Positions 24,206 to 35,333 of a stretch of DNA of 64,000 bases are shown in pieces. The position numbers and the translations under genes are program-made. Location: NCBI RefSeq assembly GCF_018350175.1, contig NC_058368.1:235044001-235108000 (forward strand), given 5' to 3'. Source of the DNA: Felis catus (lineage: Eukaryota). Positions within the stretch are counted from its first letter, which is position 1; each line of letters begins with the position of its first letter. Below the pieces are notes generated by a model, which was not told the origin of the DNA, made no database searches, and was given only the letters and a program-made list of their open reading frames with translations.

Positions 24206-25869
24206 TTGTAGATCCCAAGAAAGCGAAAAACAGCCTTGCTGGCAGCTGAGTCGTGATGTTCCTAAGTGAGCGTAAACAATGATCCGAAAATATAAATAAT
24301 GTGTGGACAGGGCCACTCTGAGACCGCATGGGGAATGAGACAGAGACAAACGCCTCTCTCCTATGTGAAACCTCTCTTCACTTCCTCTCCTGACATGAGT
24401 GATTCTTACCAGTGAAAATTCTGGTCTCCCTTCTCTTAGATAAAACTTAAGATACCCAATCGCCAAGTTATCTCCACTTCTTGACAATATTCAATTCAGA
24501 ATTCCTTGTCACTTTCCTAAACCCTCCTCAGAATCACCTAGAGCAAGCCCAAGTCCTGTATGTCCCTCCTAACTCTTTCTTACTGATGTCCAGCAAGCTC
24601 CGTGACCCTAACATTCAGCTCTAGGTGCATGAACCTGGTGGTACTTGGACCACGGGCTTTAACAAGGGGGCCTCCACTGAGATTTGACCATGGTCCCTGC
24701 TGCCATAGACCAGAGCCCTTGACTTGGTAACCAGGGGGCATTTGAAAACCCTGGAGTTTCCGTGGGTTCAGAACCACCTTGCTTGCAATGATGAAGTCAG
24801 TGTCATCCGAAATATGAGCTCCACATCCTTCATGGACCCCCTGAGTTTGGGTTTTATTTTGGTCCCTAGGCTTCTAACCCCCTAACACAGGGCACTCTTG
24901 TAACCTAGTTAGCCAGCCTCTGGTATGTTGATGAAGGCACGGACCCAATATTTCCATCACTTGAGCCTGCCTTGAGGTAGGATGTGTTTGGAAGTCTTCT
25001 CAAATCAGCAGCTGTGAACACATGGTTTGTCTTTTCAAAACTTTATAAGGACATTCTTGCCATCTTGTCCCTATGTATACCATGAGCTGCTCTGCTTAGT
25101 TACATTTGCCTGAAACTGGGGTTTGTGAAGCCTTAGTTGGTGATGACTGCTCTTTGGACAAATTCTAGAATGCATCTGGTTGCAGGTGCATTATTTGCAC
25201 TGACCAGTGCTGCATGAGGTCCTTGCAGGCTGAGTCTATGCCTACACATCAGTCTACAGTAGATATCAGCTGTTTCATGCCCTTGTGTTACTTAATTAAC
25301 ACATGCACGCATCTCTCTAGAAGGCCTATTGCATGAAATACAAGTTGGAATTACGGTGCCTGCTTTGGGGAACATGTGACATGAATAAACAGCTTGTTTG
25401 AGAGAAAACTAGGACTGAATTTAAAAACAATGTCTCAAGTATCCTACAAACTAGATGCAATTTCGATTCTAGAATCACTTCCAAAAGGATTTTTTAAGTA
25501 ATACCAATAAACAATGCACAGAACTTACAACTCCTACCTCCCTATTCATACGCTTTTTTATTTCCCCGTCTCCTTCTCGTGAGCCATTCATATGATCTTA
25601 ATGTCCATAAAATCGAAACCTCCATGTGAAAAATATTCCAGTATTTCCCGATCCATGAACTGAACACCATGTCTGTTTTCATCCCTGGGCTGTTACTAAA
25701 GATCCCTGAATCCAAGGATCCTAGGGAGAGGGAGACAGAAGAATTCAGACTTGTCTTGGGCACATAGCCTTCCCTTATCACTACCAGTTAGATCTTTATT
25801 TGGTGAGACCAGAAAACACAAACACTTGACTTCAAATGATTAGTCGGCATGATTCTGAAAGGAATTTAA

Positions 25870-26215
25870 AGATTAATGAATCAGTAGATAAAGTTAGGAG
25901 CTACCATATTGGCAAAGGCAGGTGACCCTCATTATCACGCTGAGCTAGAGTTTCTGCTCAAGAGAGCTTCCAGGAGAGTGAGATCAGGGAGTCATCGAGA
26001 TGCCTCTTAGTGCCTCTGTGCCCCACGGGGACAGTGGATGGGCACGTTGCAGCAGCCCCAGCTAGGGAGGGAAAAGCAATCAAGGGTCACACCCCTCAAG
26101 ACAGGAGGTGCGGATCCAAAATTGAGGGAGTCTAGAATGGGTGGCGGAGAAAGGAGCCAACAAATTTCGGTGACTGTGGGAGACCACCCACGGCAGTGGA
26201 GATTGTAGCTTTTCC
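25870..26215 (+). mobile_element. ERVL internal remnant (degraded)
   Basis: GGAGCTACCATATTGGCA...TGACCCTCATTATCA...GAATGGGTGGCGGAGAAAGG resembles the ERVL 3' internal region. Confidence 0.5.
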
Positions 26216-26229
26216 CCCTTTAGGTCTTT

Positions 26230-26525
26230 CCCTTTTATTGTGGCAACATGCACATGACATAAAATTTACCATTTATTTTAGCTGTCTGAAGTGTTGAGCG
26301 CGTCCACATTGCCTTGCAGCCGTCACCGCCATCCCCCTCCAGAGCTCTGATCTACTCAAACCCCAAATCCATGACATGACTCCCAGCTCCTCAGTCCCTG
26401 GCAAGCACGATTCTATTCTCCGTGTCTATAGTTTTTACCACTCTACGTACCTCACTGACATAGACTCAGACGGTGTTTGTCTTTGTGTGACCGGCTTGTT
26501 TCACTGAGAATAGTGTCCCCAAGTC
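26230..26525 (-). mobile_element. LINE-1 3' end fragment (L1MB-like)
   Basis: TTTTATTGTGG...CATAAAATTTACCAT...CCCTGGCAAGCACGATTCTA...TGACCGGCTTGTTTCACT. Confidence 0.7.
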
Positions 26526-27291
26526 ATGTCACATCCCTGAATGGATTCTAGGAGCAGCAAACAGACAGTTCCCATGCAAGCTCTCAGGGTCCCGCCGCAG
26601 GAGCCTGCGACACCTCTTTGCCTCCGTTTTGTCTGTGCGTGTGTTTGTTTTATTTGGTGGCGTTAGTTTTTGTTTGCTTTGCCTGGCTTGCTCGAGTTTT
26701 GGAATGGCAGTGTAATTTTTTCAGTGTGAGCAGGGCCGCCTGGAAGTGTTGGGAGAAAATTCTTGTGGGGGAACCTGGAACCGAAGGGGAACAAGGAAGT
26801 GGAAACCCGCCACAGTGTCCCCTTCTCCAGAAGGAGAACTCCGAGGTACGTCTACATCAGTCTCGTGCATCTGCAGCGCGTCCGCGCCCAGCCCCACCAT
26901 GGTTGCAGCCCCAGCAGCACACGGACCGTCCTTCTAGTTCATCACCCACTTCCTGTCATTTCCCCCCCAAACAAGCCACCTGTGCTCAGGCCCTAATCTC
27001 AGGTTCTGCTTTAGGATGAACCCCAAAGAAGAAGATGGCCAAAATCCCCACCCGTTCCTATGACTGGGTAAGAATGGCCAAAATATTTTATGTATAGAAG
27101 ACACAACAGCCAACATTCAATATTAGCTTGTTGGTGTACTAACCCTCCAGAATTTAGAGCTTTTAAATTTTTTTTTTTTTTTAATAGAGCTCTCCTGGGT
27201 CATTACACAGAAGAAATCATGCTTTTCCTTAAGCTTTTCCTCTCTCAAGCTGGGGAGATGAGGTAGCAGAAAAATTAGAAATCTAACAAAA

Positions 27292-27505
27292 GGGGGCCCC
27301 TGGGGGGGCCCAGTCGGTTGAGCGTCCGACTTCCACTCAGGTCACGATCTCGCGGTTCGTGAGTTCGAGCCCTGCGTGGGCTCTGTGCTGACAGCCTGGA
27401 GCCTGCTTCGGATTCCGTGCCTCCCTCTCTCTGCCCCTCCCTTGCTCATGTGCTGTCTCTCTCTGTCTCAAAAATAAATAAAAACGTTAAAAATGTTAAC
27501 AAAAA
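27292..27505 (+). mobile_element. Can-SINE
   Basis: Head, body, CT region, AATAAA tail; TSD AAATCTAACAAA. Confidence 0.94.
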
Positions 27506-28129
27506 TAAATCTAACAAAGGAACGATGTCCATCTTTACTCATTACCAGCCACATAAAAGTAGATAGCAGCAGACTTCATGTTTGTGATGACCGGGTTTTC
27601 CTGCTATTTCTGAATTCATGACACAGACACAACCTTGAGACTCGCCTAAATCAGAAATGTATGAAATGTACAGAGTCACTGGGGTATTTTTTGGTCCCGC
27701 TGTAATTGCTCACCGGTTGATATTTCACATCTAATTAGCTTGGTTTCTTTCAGAGTTGCAGGAACCTCTGAGCAGTCATACACGTTGGAAAACTTATTTA
27801 TTATGTGATTCTACATTTTGAAATGAAAAGGTCATATGATAAAAACGGTTGATCTTAATAAGCTCTGCTTAATTTCATATTTCATCATCTTTGCGATACC
27901 CCAGGAGAGAACGCCAAGGAAGCTCTTAATGGTTATGATTGCGATGATTTACTCTTTAAATTATAATGATTCTCTTCATTTTAGACAACTTATTTGACAG
28001 GTTCATAATGGGGGCATTTTTTTTTAAGAATACTGGGAGTTTTAATAACCTAGGTTCGTTTCAGCCTATTCCTGTGTTTTGTACCAAATCATGATAACAA
28101 AGTAATAGCCGATACTTTTTTTTTTCTTT

Positions 28130-28497
28130 TGGTTTCCCCCAAATTCCTATGTTGAAGCCCCAACTCCTCAATGTGACTGTATTTGGGGCTTTAAAGAGAT
28201 AATTAAGGTTAAAGAGGGTCATCAGAGTGGGATCCTAATCTGATAAGACTGCTCTCCTTATAAAAAGAGAAAGACATCAGAACTCTAGAGATCTCTCTTT
28301 CTCCTCCACCCCCCACTCTCTCCCATGTACACAGAGAAACCATGTGAGGACACAGAAAGAAGCAGCCCTCACCAGCAACCAATCCTATTCACACCTTGAC
28401 CTTGGACTTCCAGTCTCCAGGACGGTGAGAAAATCCCTGTTGTGTAAGCCCCCCAGCCTGTGGCGTTCTGTCATGGCAGCCTGAGCTGGCTAAGGCA
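28130..28497 (+). mobile_element. MaLR solo LTR (MLT1A-like)
   Basis: CCCCCAAATTCCTATGTTGAAGCCC...ATTAAGGTTAAA...TTGGACTTCCAGTCTCCAG...TAAGCCCCCCAGCCTGTGG...GGCAGCCTGAGCTGGCTAAGGCA. Confidence 0.82.
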
Positions 28498-28870
28498 CCG
28501 TCACTCCTGGGCTGTGTCTTCCTGGCTATAGATACTCTTATTCGCCTCTTATACACCCTGAAGCGCTAGGGCGATGTCTTAAATGTGGCAGATCGTTGGC
28601 AGATACATATTTATTGCATTCAGATCTATGTGAGAAATGTCTAAGGAGACTATGCAGAAGCGTGAACTCCATACTTTGGGGATGAGGAAGTCACAGACCT
28701 CACTGTCAGAGGCCTTGCTCCCAAAAATGAGTGAATGTGGGGCTCAGGTATTTGTCGCACGCACAGCACACAGCCAGGGCAGGGCACCAGATAATAGACA
28801 GAAGGATCTCTTATTTTGTGGCGGGATTTCTCTTTGAGGTCCAAACGTTTTAATAGTATTGATTACTTTA

Positions 28871-29070
28871 GGGGCTCCTGAGTGGGTCAGTCGGTTGGAC
28901 GTCCCACTTTGGCTCAGGTCATGATCTCACAGTCCATAGGTTTGAGGCCACATCGGGCTCTCAGCTCTCAACACAGACCCTGCTTCAGATCTTCTGTCCC
29001 CCTCTCTCTCTCTGCCCCTCCCCCACTTGCTCTCTCTCTCTCTCTCTCAAAAATAAAATAAACATTAAAA
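28871..29070 (+). mobile_element. Can-SINE
   Basis: Head, body, (CT)n, A tail; TSD around TTGATTAC. Confidence 0.92.
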
Positions 29071-29130
29071 AATAATGTTGATTACATCTATGTTTCCATC
29101 GTTCCTGCTATCACAAGAGAAAGTCAATCG

Positions 29131-30055
29131 GCATATCAGACAAAGGGCTCGTATCCAAAATCTATAAAGAGCTCACCAAACTCCACACCCGAATAACAAA
29201 TAATCCAGTGAAGAAATGGGCAGAAGACATGAGTAGACGCTTCTCTAAAGAAGACATCCAGATGGCCAACAGGCACATGAAAAGATGCTCAATGTCACTC
29301 ATCATCAGGGAAATACAAATGAAAACCACACTCAGATACCACCTCATGCCAGTCAGAGTGGCTAAAATGAACACATCGGGAGACTATAGAGGCTGGAGAG
29401 GATGTGGAGAAACGGGAACACTCTTGCACTGTTGGTGGGAATGCAAACTGGTGCAGCTGCTCTGGAAAACAGTGTGGAGGCTCCTCAAACAATTAAAAAT
29501 AGATCTACCCTATGACCCAGCAATAGCACTGCTAGGAATTTACCCAAAGGGTACAGGAGTGCTGAGGCATAGGGGTACTTGTACCCCAATGTTTATAGCG
29601 GCACTTTCAACAATAGCCAAATTATGGAAAAAGCCTAAATGTCCATCCACCGACGAATGGATAAAGAAGATGTGGTTTATATATACAATGGAATACTACT
29701 TGGCAATGAGAAAGAATGAAATCTGGCCTTTTGCAGCAACGTGGATGGAACTGGAAGGTATTATGCTAAGTGAAATAAGTCAGGCAGAGAAAGACAGATA
29801 CTATATGCTTTCACTCTTATGTGGATCCTGAGAAACTTACCAGAAGACCATGGGGGAGGGGAAGGAAGAAAAAAAGTTAGAGAGGGAGGGAGCCAAACCT
29901 TAAGAGACTCTTAACAAACTGAGAATAAACTGAAGGTTGATGGGGGGTGGGAAGGAGGGGAGGGTGGGTGATGGGCGTTAAGGAGGGCACTTGTTGGGAT
30001 GAGCACTGGGTGTTGTATGGAAACCAATTTGACAATAAATTTCATATTTAAAAAA
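29131..30055 (+). mobile_element. Young 5'-truncated felid LINE-1 (ORF2 3' part plus 3' UTR)
   Basis: Open ORF2 C-terminus, G-rich 3' UTR, AATAAA at 30034 and short A tail. Confidence 0.96.
29208..29831 (+). pseudogene. LINE-1 ORF2p C-terminal fragment (cysteine-rich region), 5'-truncated and non-functional
   Basis: [27 protein letters not shown]...[20 protein letters not shown]...[21 protein letters not shown] is classic L1 ORF2; the first Cys of the CCHC motif reads Gly. Confidence 0.93.
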
Positions 30056-30570
30056 CAAAGAATCATAGCAAGAAATGAGTGGTGGTCTGAGGTGATGGGG
30101 AATGCCTAATTTGGGGAACTCTTGATGGTAGTGAGGACCATTTTTTTAAAAATTTTTTTTCAACGTTTTTTATTTATTTTTGGGACAGAGAGAGACCGAG
30201 CATGAACGGGGGAGGGGCAGAGAGAGAGGGAGACACAGAATCAGAAACAGGCTCCAGGCTCCGAGCCATCAGCCCAGAGCCTGACGTGGGGCTCGAACTC
30301 ACGGACCGCGAGATCGTGACCTGGCTGAGGTCGGACGCTTAACCGACTGCGCCACCCAGGCGCCCCATGAGGACCATTTTTAAAGGGGGAGGGGATGGGT
30401 GCAGAGCTTAGCTATAAGGTGACTGAGGTCAAAGACTACAAAAGCCAAATTTCTGATCTCCTGTTGCCGTGGTAATATTCGTTGTGATGTCCAGCTATGA
30501 CGCCACTCTGTCTGAAAAGACAAGGGAAAGAAAGTGTAAATAAAATTCAGTGACAAACTTCTAAAAAAAA
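30056..30570 (+). other. L1 3'-transduced segment ending in a second poly(A) signal and A tail
   Basis: AATAAA 30539-30544, A8 at 30563-30570, then AGAGAAAGTCAATC (30572-30585) identical to 29116-29129 just before the L1. Confidence 0.8.
30146..30366 (-). mobile_element. Can-SINE, young felid subfamily
   Basis: Diagnostic CCATCAGCCC and GACCTGGCTGA; TSD TGAGGACCATTTTT. Confidence 0.96.
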
Positions 30571-32043
30571 GAGAGAAAGTCAATCTGATCCAGTCAGTGC
30601 CAGGGATGATGTCAGGGGTGGCCTCCCCCATCTCACTGTCCCTCTGCCTTATCCACCCATGGTCCTCGTTCCTCAGACAACCCACTGGCATTTGTGCTCG
30701 ACCCCAACATCCGGGCTCTGGGCATTGAGGGGGACGTACCCTCCCCTTGTACCTCCCTCCCATCAAAGTACCACAGGCTCGGCCCTGCCATCCACCCTCC
30801 ACCCCCGTCCAGGCCTCCCTCCCAGTGGAACAGGGTGGGACACAGGAAAAATCCTGTGATATTGAATTAGTAGCCACTTCTGAGCCTTGAGAGTGAAAGG
30901 CTCTGTACACGACCGTGCATGGAACACCTCAGTGGTGGGCAAACGTAAAACATACCAATTTGTACCTCATCTGAAACTGTCCTTTCCTTTGCCCCACATG
31001 TCCACTGGGCCCCATCTGAATGTCATCTCTTCAAATGCTGAAACAGGAAGACATCTGTGCCCCCACGTTGTCTACAATATCTTCACCACCACCTAAGAGG
31101 TAGATTTTCTCAGCTCTCTGAAGCTGTGTTAAACATTATCAGGATTTGACTCCTAAGGAAACACTTTGGGCAGGTCTGAGTATCTAACTCCTATGCCCCC
31201 TTAACCTGAGAGACATCTAGAAATGATTTCGCTAATACTTTAAAGAAGTTATTGGAGTTGAACTTGGGTCCCATCAGGGTACCACACTGGCACAGCCATT
31301 GCCTGAGCCTTCCCTGGGATCACGTTACAGCGTACTCAGGACCCAGAGAAGGAAAGAAAGAAACAACGCAAAAGAAATAAAAAGGAGAGTGCCACTTCAC
31401 AGCAGAAATATGGAAGTAAAAAACCTACAGAAGGTAAAGGTGAACAGCTGTGGCCTGGCCCCGTGGTGTAACCCTACTTCAGGTGGGATGCAGTAAATTA
31501 ATGATCTCTTTGGGTCCCCATTCGGAAATGTAGAGCACAATCTGGAAGAGGAACCGAAGGCGAGACTCTTTGGCCCGATGATAAGGGGGTAGTAACTTTG
31601 CATTTCCAGGATTGATGAGCCTCCAGAGGGGTGAGGACATGAGAGAGAAGGGTTCGGAAGGGCTGGGGAGAGACAGGACCCTGAACTCACCCAAGAGACA
31701 CCGTCAGGGAAAGAACTCACACCTGCCAGGGGGAACAGTGCGTTTCCGAGGAGCAAGACACAGGGTCGGTAGCTGTAACTGTCCATCACGCAAAGCCATG
31801 TTCTTCCCAGAATCGTTCCTCTGCTGGCCCTGAAAGGCCCGCGCAATTTCTACACGTACAACCTTTTGCTGCCAGTGCTTTAGGGCAGTGACAGGAGACA
31901 GACCTTGTCCAGTGTAGAGCAGAGGCTGAGACCAAGAGAAAGCAGAAGCATGAAGGGCGTGAGGACAGGTGAACAGACAGGCGAGAGACATTGGGGCCCT
32001 CAGACAGAACACAGGAAGGTCACTGGGAATTCCCAAGGGGACG

Positions 32044-32543
32044 GTATTCACTTCCTATGGTAGCTGAAACAAATTACCACGAATTTAAACACACGTTTAT
32101 TATCTTACGATTCTGGAGGTCAGAAGTCTCACTGGGCTGCAAATCAGGAGGGTGGCAAGGCTATGTTCTTTCTTGAGTCTTTGTGAGGAGAATCCACTCC
32201 TTGTCTTTTCTGTCTTCTAGAGATGCCCACATTTGTTGTCATGATCATGTCGGCAAGGTCCCTTTGGCTCTATCAATTAACATATTTACAGGCTCTTTTT
32301 TTTTTTTTTTTTGAGAGACAGTATGCACGCAGGGGAGGAGCAGAGAGGAAGAGAGAATCACAAGCAGTCTCTACACTCAGCTTGGAGCCCAACAGGATTT
32401 AATCTCACAAACCTCAGACCATGACCTGAGCCTGACCTCGCTCAAGAGTCAGACCCGCGACCGACTCAGCCACCCAGGTGCCCCTCACAGGCTCTTAGGA
32501 TAGAATGTGGACCTCTTTAGGGGGCCTTTGTTTTGCCAACCAC
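32044..32543 (-). mobile_element. MaLR LTR (MLT1C/D-like), interrupted by a SINE
   Basis: ACAAATTACCAC...TTATTATCTTACGATTCTGGAGGTCAGAAGTC...; ends TTTTGCCAACCACA. Confidence 0.72.
32296..32484 (-). mobile_element. Can-SINE (older, diverged)
   Basis: Poly-T, body, CCACCCAGGTGCCCC head; TSD ACAGGCTCTT. Confidence 0.88.
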
Positions 32544-32611
32544 ATAGAACTCCCCAAAGTGCATGAGATCAGGGTGATAGGCATCCGATTTGATTAAAGA
32601 TCGATTTAACT

Positions 32612-32828
32612 GGGGCTTCTGGGTGGCTCAGTTGGCGAAGCGTCCGACTTCGGCTCAGGTCATGATCTCACGGTCCGTGAGTTCGAGCCCCGCATCAGGC
32701 TCTGTGCTGACAGCTCGGAGCCTGGAGCCTGCTTCGGATTCTGTGTTTCCCTGTCTCTCTGCCCTCCCCAGCTGGCTCTCTCTCTCTCTCTCTCACTGAA
32801 AAATAAATAAACATAAAAAATTTTTTAA
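32612..32828 (+). mobile_element. Can-SINE
   Basis: Full structure; perfect TSD AAAGATCGATTTAACT. Confidence 0.95.
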
Positions 32829-33281
32829 AAAGATCGATTTAACTTATCTGAGTTATAATAAGATGTGCAGCATTAAACTGGTATTGTCCTTTTAGAGGAT
32901 CCAAAGAACACGTGATGTGAATGGGGCTCACTTGTAAGCTCTGTGTGCCATCCTAAAACTTACCAAGCATATTTACACCTGAGAGCAAATTGTACTCTTG
33001 TAATAATTCTCAGACATCACCATCGTTCCTGATGCAAGCATGCCCAAGGCTACGAGATGGGGAAAAAATGCTTTCTTAGAGGCATTCTATGGAATTAAAC
33101 AAAATTTAAGAAGGGCAAATCAATGTTTACATTTGTCCATATAGCTATTCACTTTCTATGTGCATATTCTTTTTGTATATGTGCATATAATTTACATATT
33201 TACATATCATTTACATACTATTATTATCTTAGAAATTAGTTATAGTCTATGTGTCCTATTAAAATCGTGCCATGTATACTT

Positions 33282-33497
33282 GGGGCGCCTGGGTGGCGCA
33301 GTCGGTTAAGCGTCCGACTTCAGCCAGGTCACGATCTCGCGGTCCGTGAGTTCGAGCCCCGCGTCGGGCTCTGGGCTGATGGCTCGGAGCCTGGAGCCTG
33401 TTTCCGATCCTGTGTCTCCCTCTCTCTCTGCCCCTCCCCCGTTCATGCTCTGTCTCTCTCTGTCCCAAAAATAAATAAACGTTGAAAAAAAAAAATT
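33282..33497 (+). mobile_element. Can-SINE, young felid subfamily
   Basis: CGACTTCAGCCAGGTCACG and GGGCTGATGG diagnostics; perfect ~23-bp TSD TTAAAATCGTGCCATGTATACTT. Confidence 0.97.
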
Positions 33498-33832
33498 TAA
33501 AATCGTGCCATGTATACTTATGTGCAGGATGTCCCCACACACTGCAGTCACTAATCCTGGTGGCAGCTTACGTGTTTCATCCGTGCCCTTACACACAACC
33601 CCCTCGGCTTCTTGTTTCTCTCATGTAACAGTGCTCCGTGAAAATTCCATCAGGCCAAGGAAGAACTTTCATGGACCACATACTGTTTCTTGTTCATTTG
33701 TTTCTTTTTTATGTCTTCCACTTCTCTGCTTAGATTTTTTTTTTTTTTATCCTTCCACTTGTTTTAACAATGCTTGCCTTTCTCGGAGCATTTTATAATA
33801 GTTGCTTTAAAAATCAGTCATTGACAGATATA

Positions 33833-34054
33833 TTTTTTTTATTTTTTTTTTCAACGTTTATTTATTTTTGGGACAGAGAGAGACAGAGCATGAACGGGGG
33901 AGGGGCAGAGAGAGAGGGAGACACAGAATCAGAAACAGGCTCCAGGCTCCGAGCCATCAGCCCAGAGCCTGACGCGGGGCTCGAACTCCCGGACCGCGAG
34001 ATCATGACCTGGCTGAAGTCGGACGCTTAACTGACTGCACCACCCAGGCGCCCC
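33833..34054 (-). mobile_element. Can-SINE, young felid subfamily
   Basis: Same diagnostics on the reverse strand; TSD GACAGATAT. Confidence 0.96.
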
Positions 34055-34448
34055 AGACAGATATTTTTAAACACGTGTTCCAAAATGGAACCGATGTCTA
34101 TTGAGTGCCTCTTCCCGTGTAGCTGATACATGTCTGGCTCTTCACATGCTGAGTAATTTTGGATGGTATTCTGGACACTCTGAATATTATGTTACTAGAC
34201 TTTTGAGCCTTTTTTAAAGCCTATCGAAAATGTTGACATTGCCTCTTATTAAAAATGATTAAAGAAGACAGCTCAGTGACACAAACACGCTTCAGGCGAC
34301 ACTTCATGGAGTGGGCCATCTCCATTCGGAGCACTGAAAAGTGGGGCAGAAGGAAGGAAGCTTTTACAGGAGAAAGAATAAGGAAGAAGGAAGTAAGTAC
34401 TGAGCCCAGAGCTGGCTTGGCAGCTGGGGACTGGCTGAATGAATATTA

Positions 34449-35333
34449 CAGTAAAACCTTGCTTTGTGAGCATAATCGTCCCGGAAACATGCTTATAATC
34501 TAAAGCACTTGTATATCGAAGCGTATTTCCCCATAAGAAATAACAGACACTCAGGTGATTTGCTCCACAACCCCAAAATACTCATATGAAGATGATTATA
34601 ATACTGTAATTTAATACAAAATAATCAAGAAAATACAAAATATAAAGAAAAATAAACAAATTCACCTGCACTTACCTTTGAAAACCTTCAAGGCTAGTGT
34701 GAGAGAGACAAGAGAGGAGGGTTATTGTGTGGGACGACTTTCACTATTTCCTTCTTGACTTCCAGCATAATCATCATCTTCTGCTTACCCCCTTTCTTTT
34801 CAACCTTTTTCTGCATGGGGGCCATTGTATACACTCCCACGGATGTTGACTACAGTATAGTATTAACAAACTCTTCTCGTAGACTGCACGTAATGGAACT
34901 GGCAATAAAGCAGCAGAGGAAAGGGTCTATATCTACAGGCATCCTAACCTAGAATGGAGCAAAGCATTCCTAAGCCTACTCTTGTCTGGAAAAGCAAAGG
35001 ACTGTTGTCCATAGTGCTTGGAAGTGACAAAAATACACTAGTGCCAGTTGTAGGCACCTTCCAACGTTCTGAAAAATCACTGATTTTACCAAACACCACA
35101 GCCTGAGACTGAACATCTGAGCATGGGAGACAATCACCCACAATCCCGCAGAGAGAGAGAGAGAGAGAAGCAACTTTGGCTCAGATTGGCTCCGTATGAT
35201 CACGTGATATTAGGGGTCACATACTACTCGTTGCGAGAGATCGCTCTTTCATCAAGTTAAAATTTATATGCAACGTTTGCTCGTCTTGTGGAACGCTCGC
35301 AGAACAAGTTACTCGCAATCTGAGGTTTTACTG
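34449..35333. mobile_element. Non-autonomous TcMar-Tigger-type DNA transposon
   Basis: Left end CAGTAAAACCTTGCTTTGTGAG; right end reads CAGTAAAACCTCAGATTGCGAG on the reverse strand; TA dinucleotides at 34447-34448 and 35334-35335. Confidence 0.85.

Noticed and set aside
23886..24487. Hydrophobic Phe/Ile/Leu/Tyr-rich ORFs resembling membrane proteins
   Set aside because: They are translations of the (TTTTA)n and (TTTCC)n microsatellites.
24340..24640. Possible degraded LTR
   Set aside because: The resemblance is too weak to assign ends or family without a database search.
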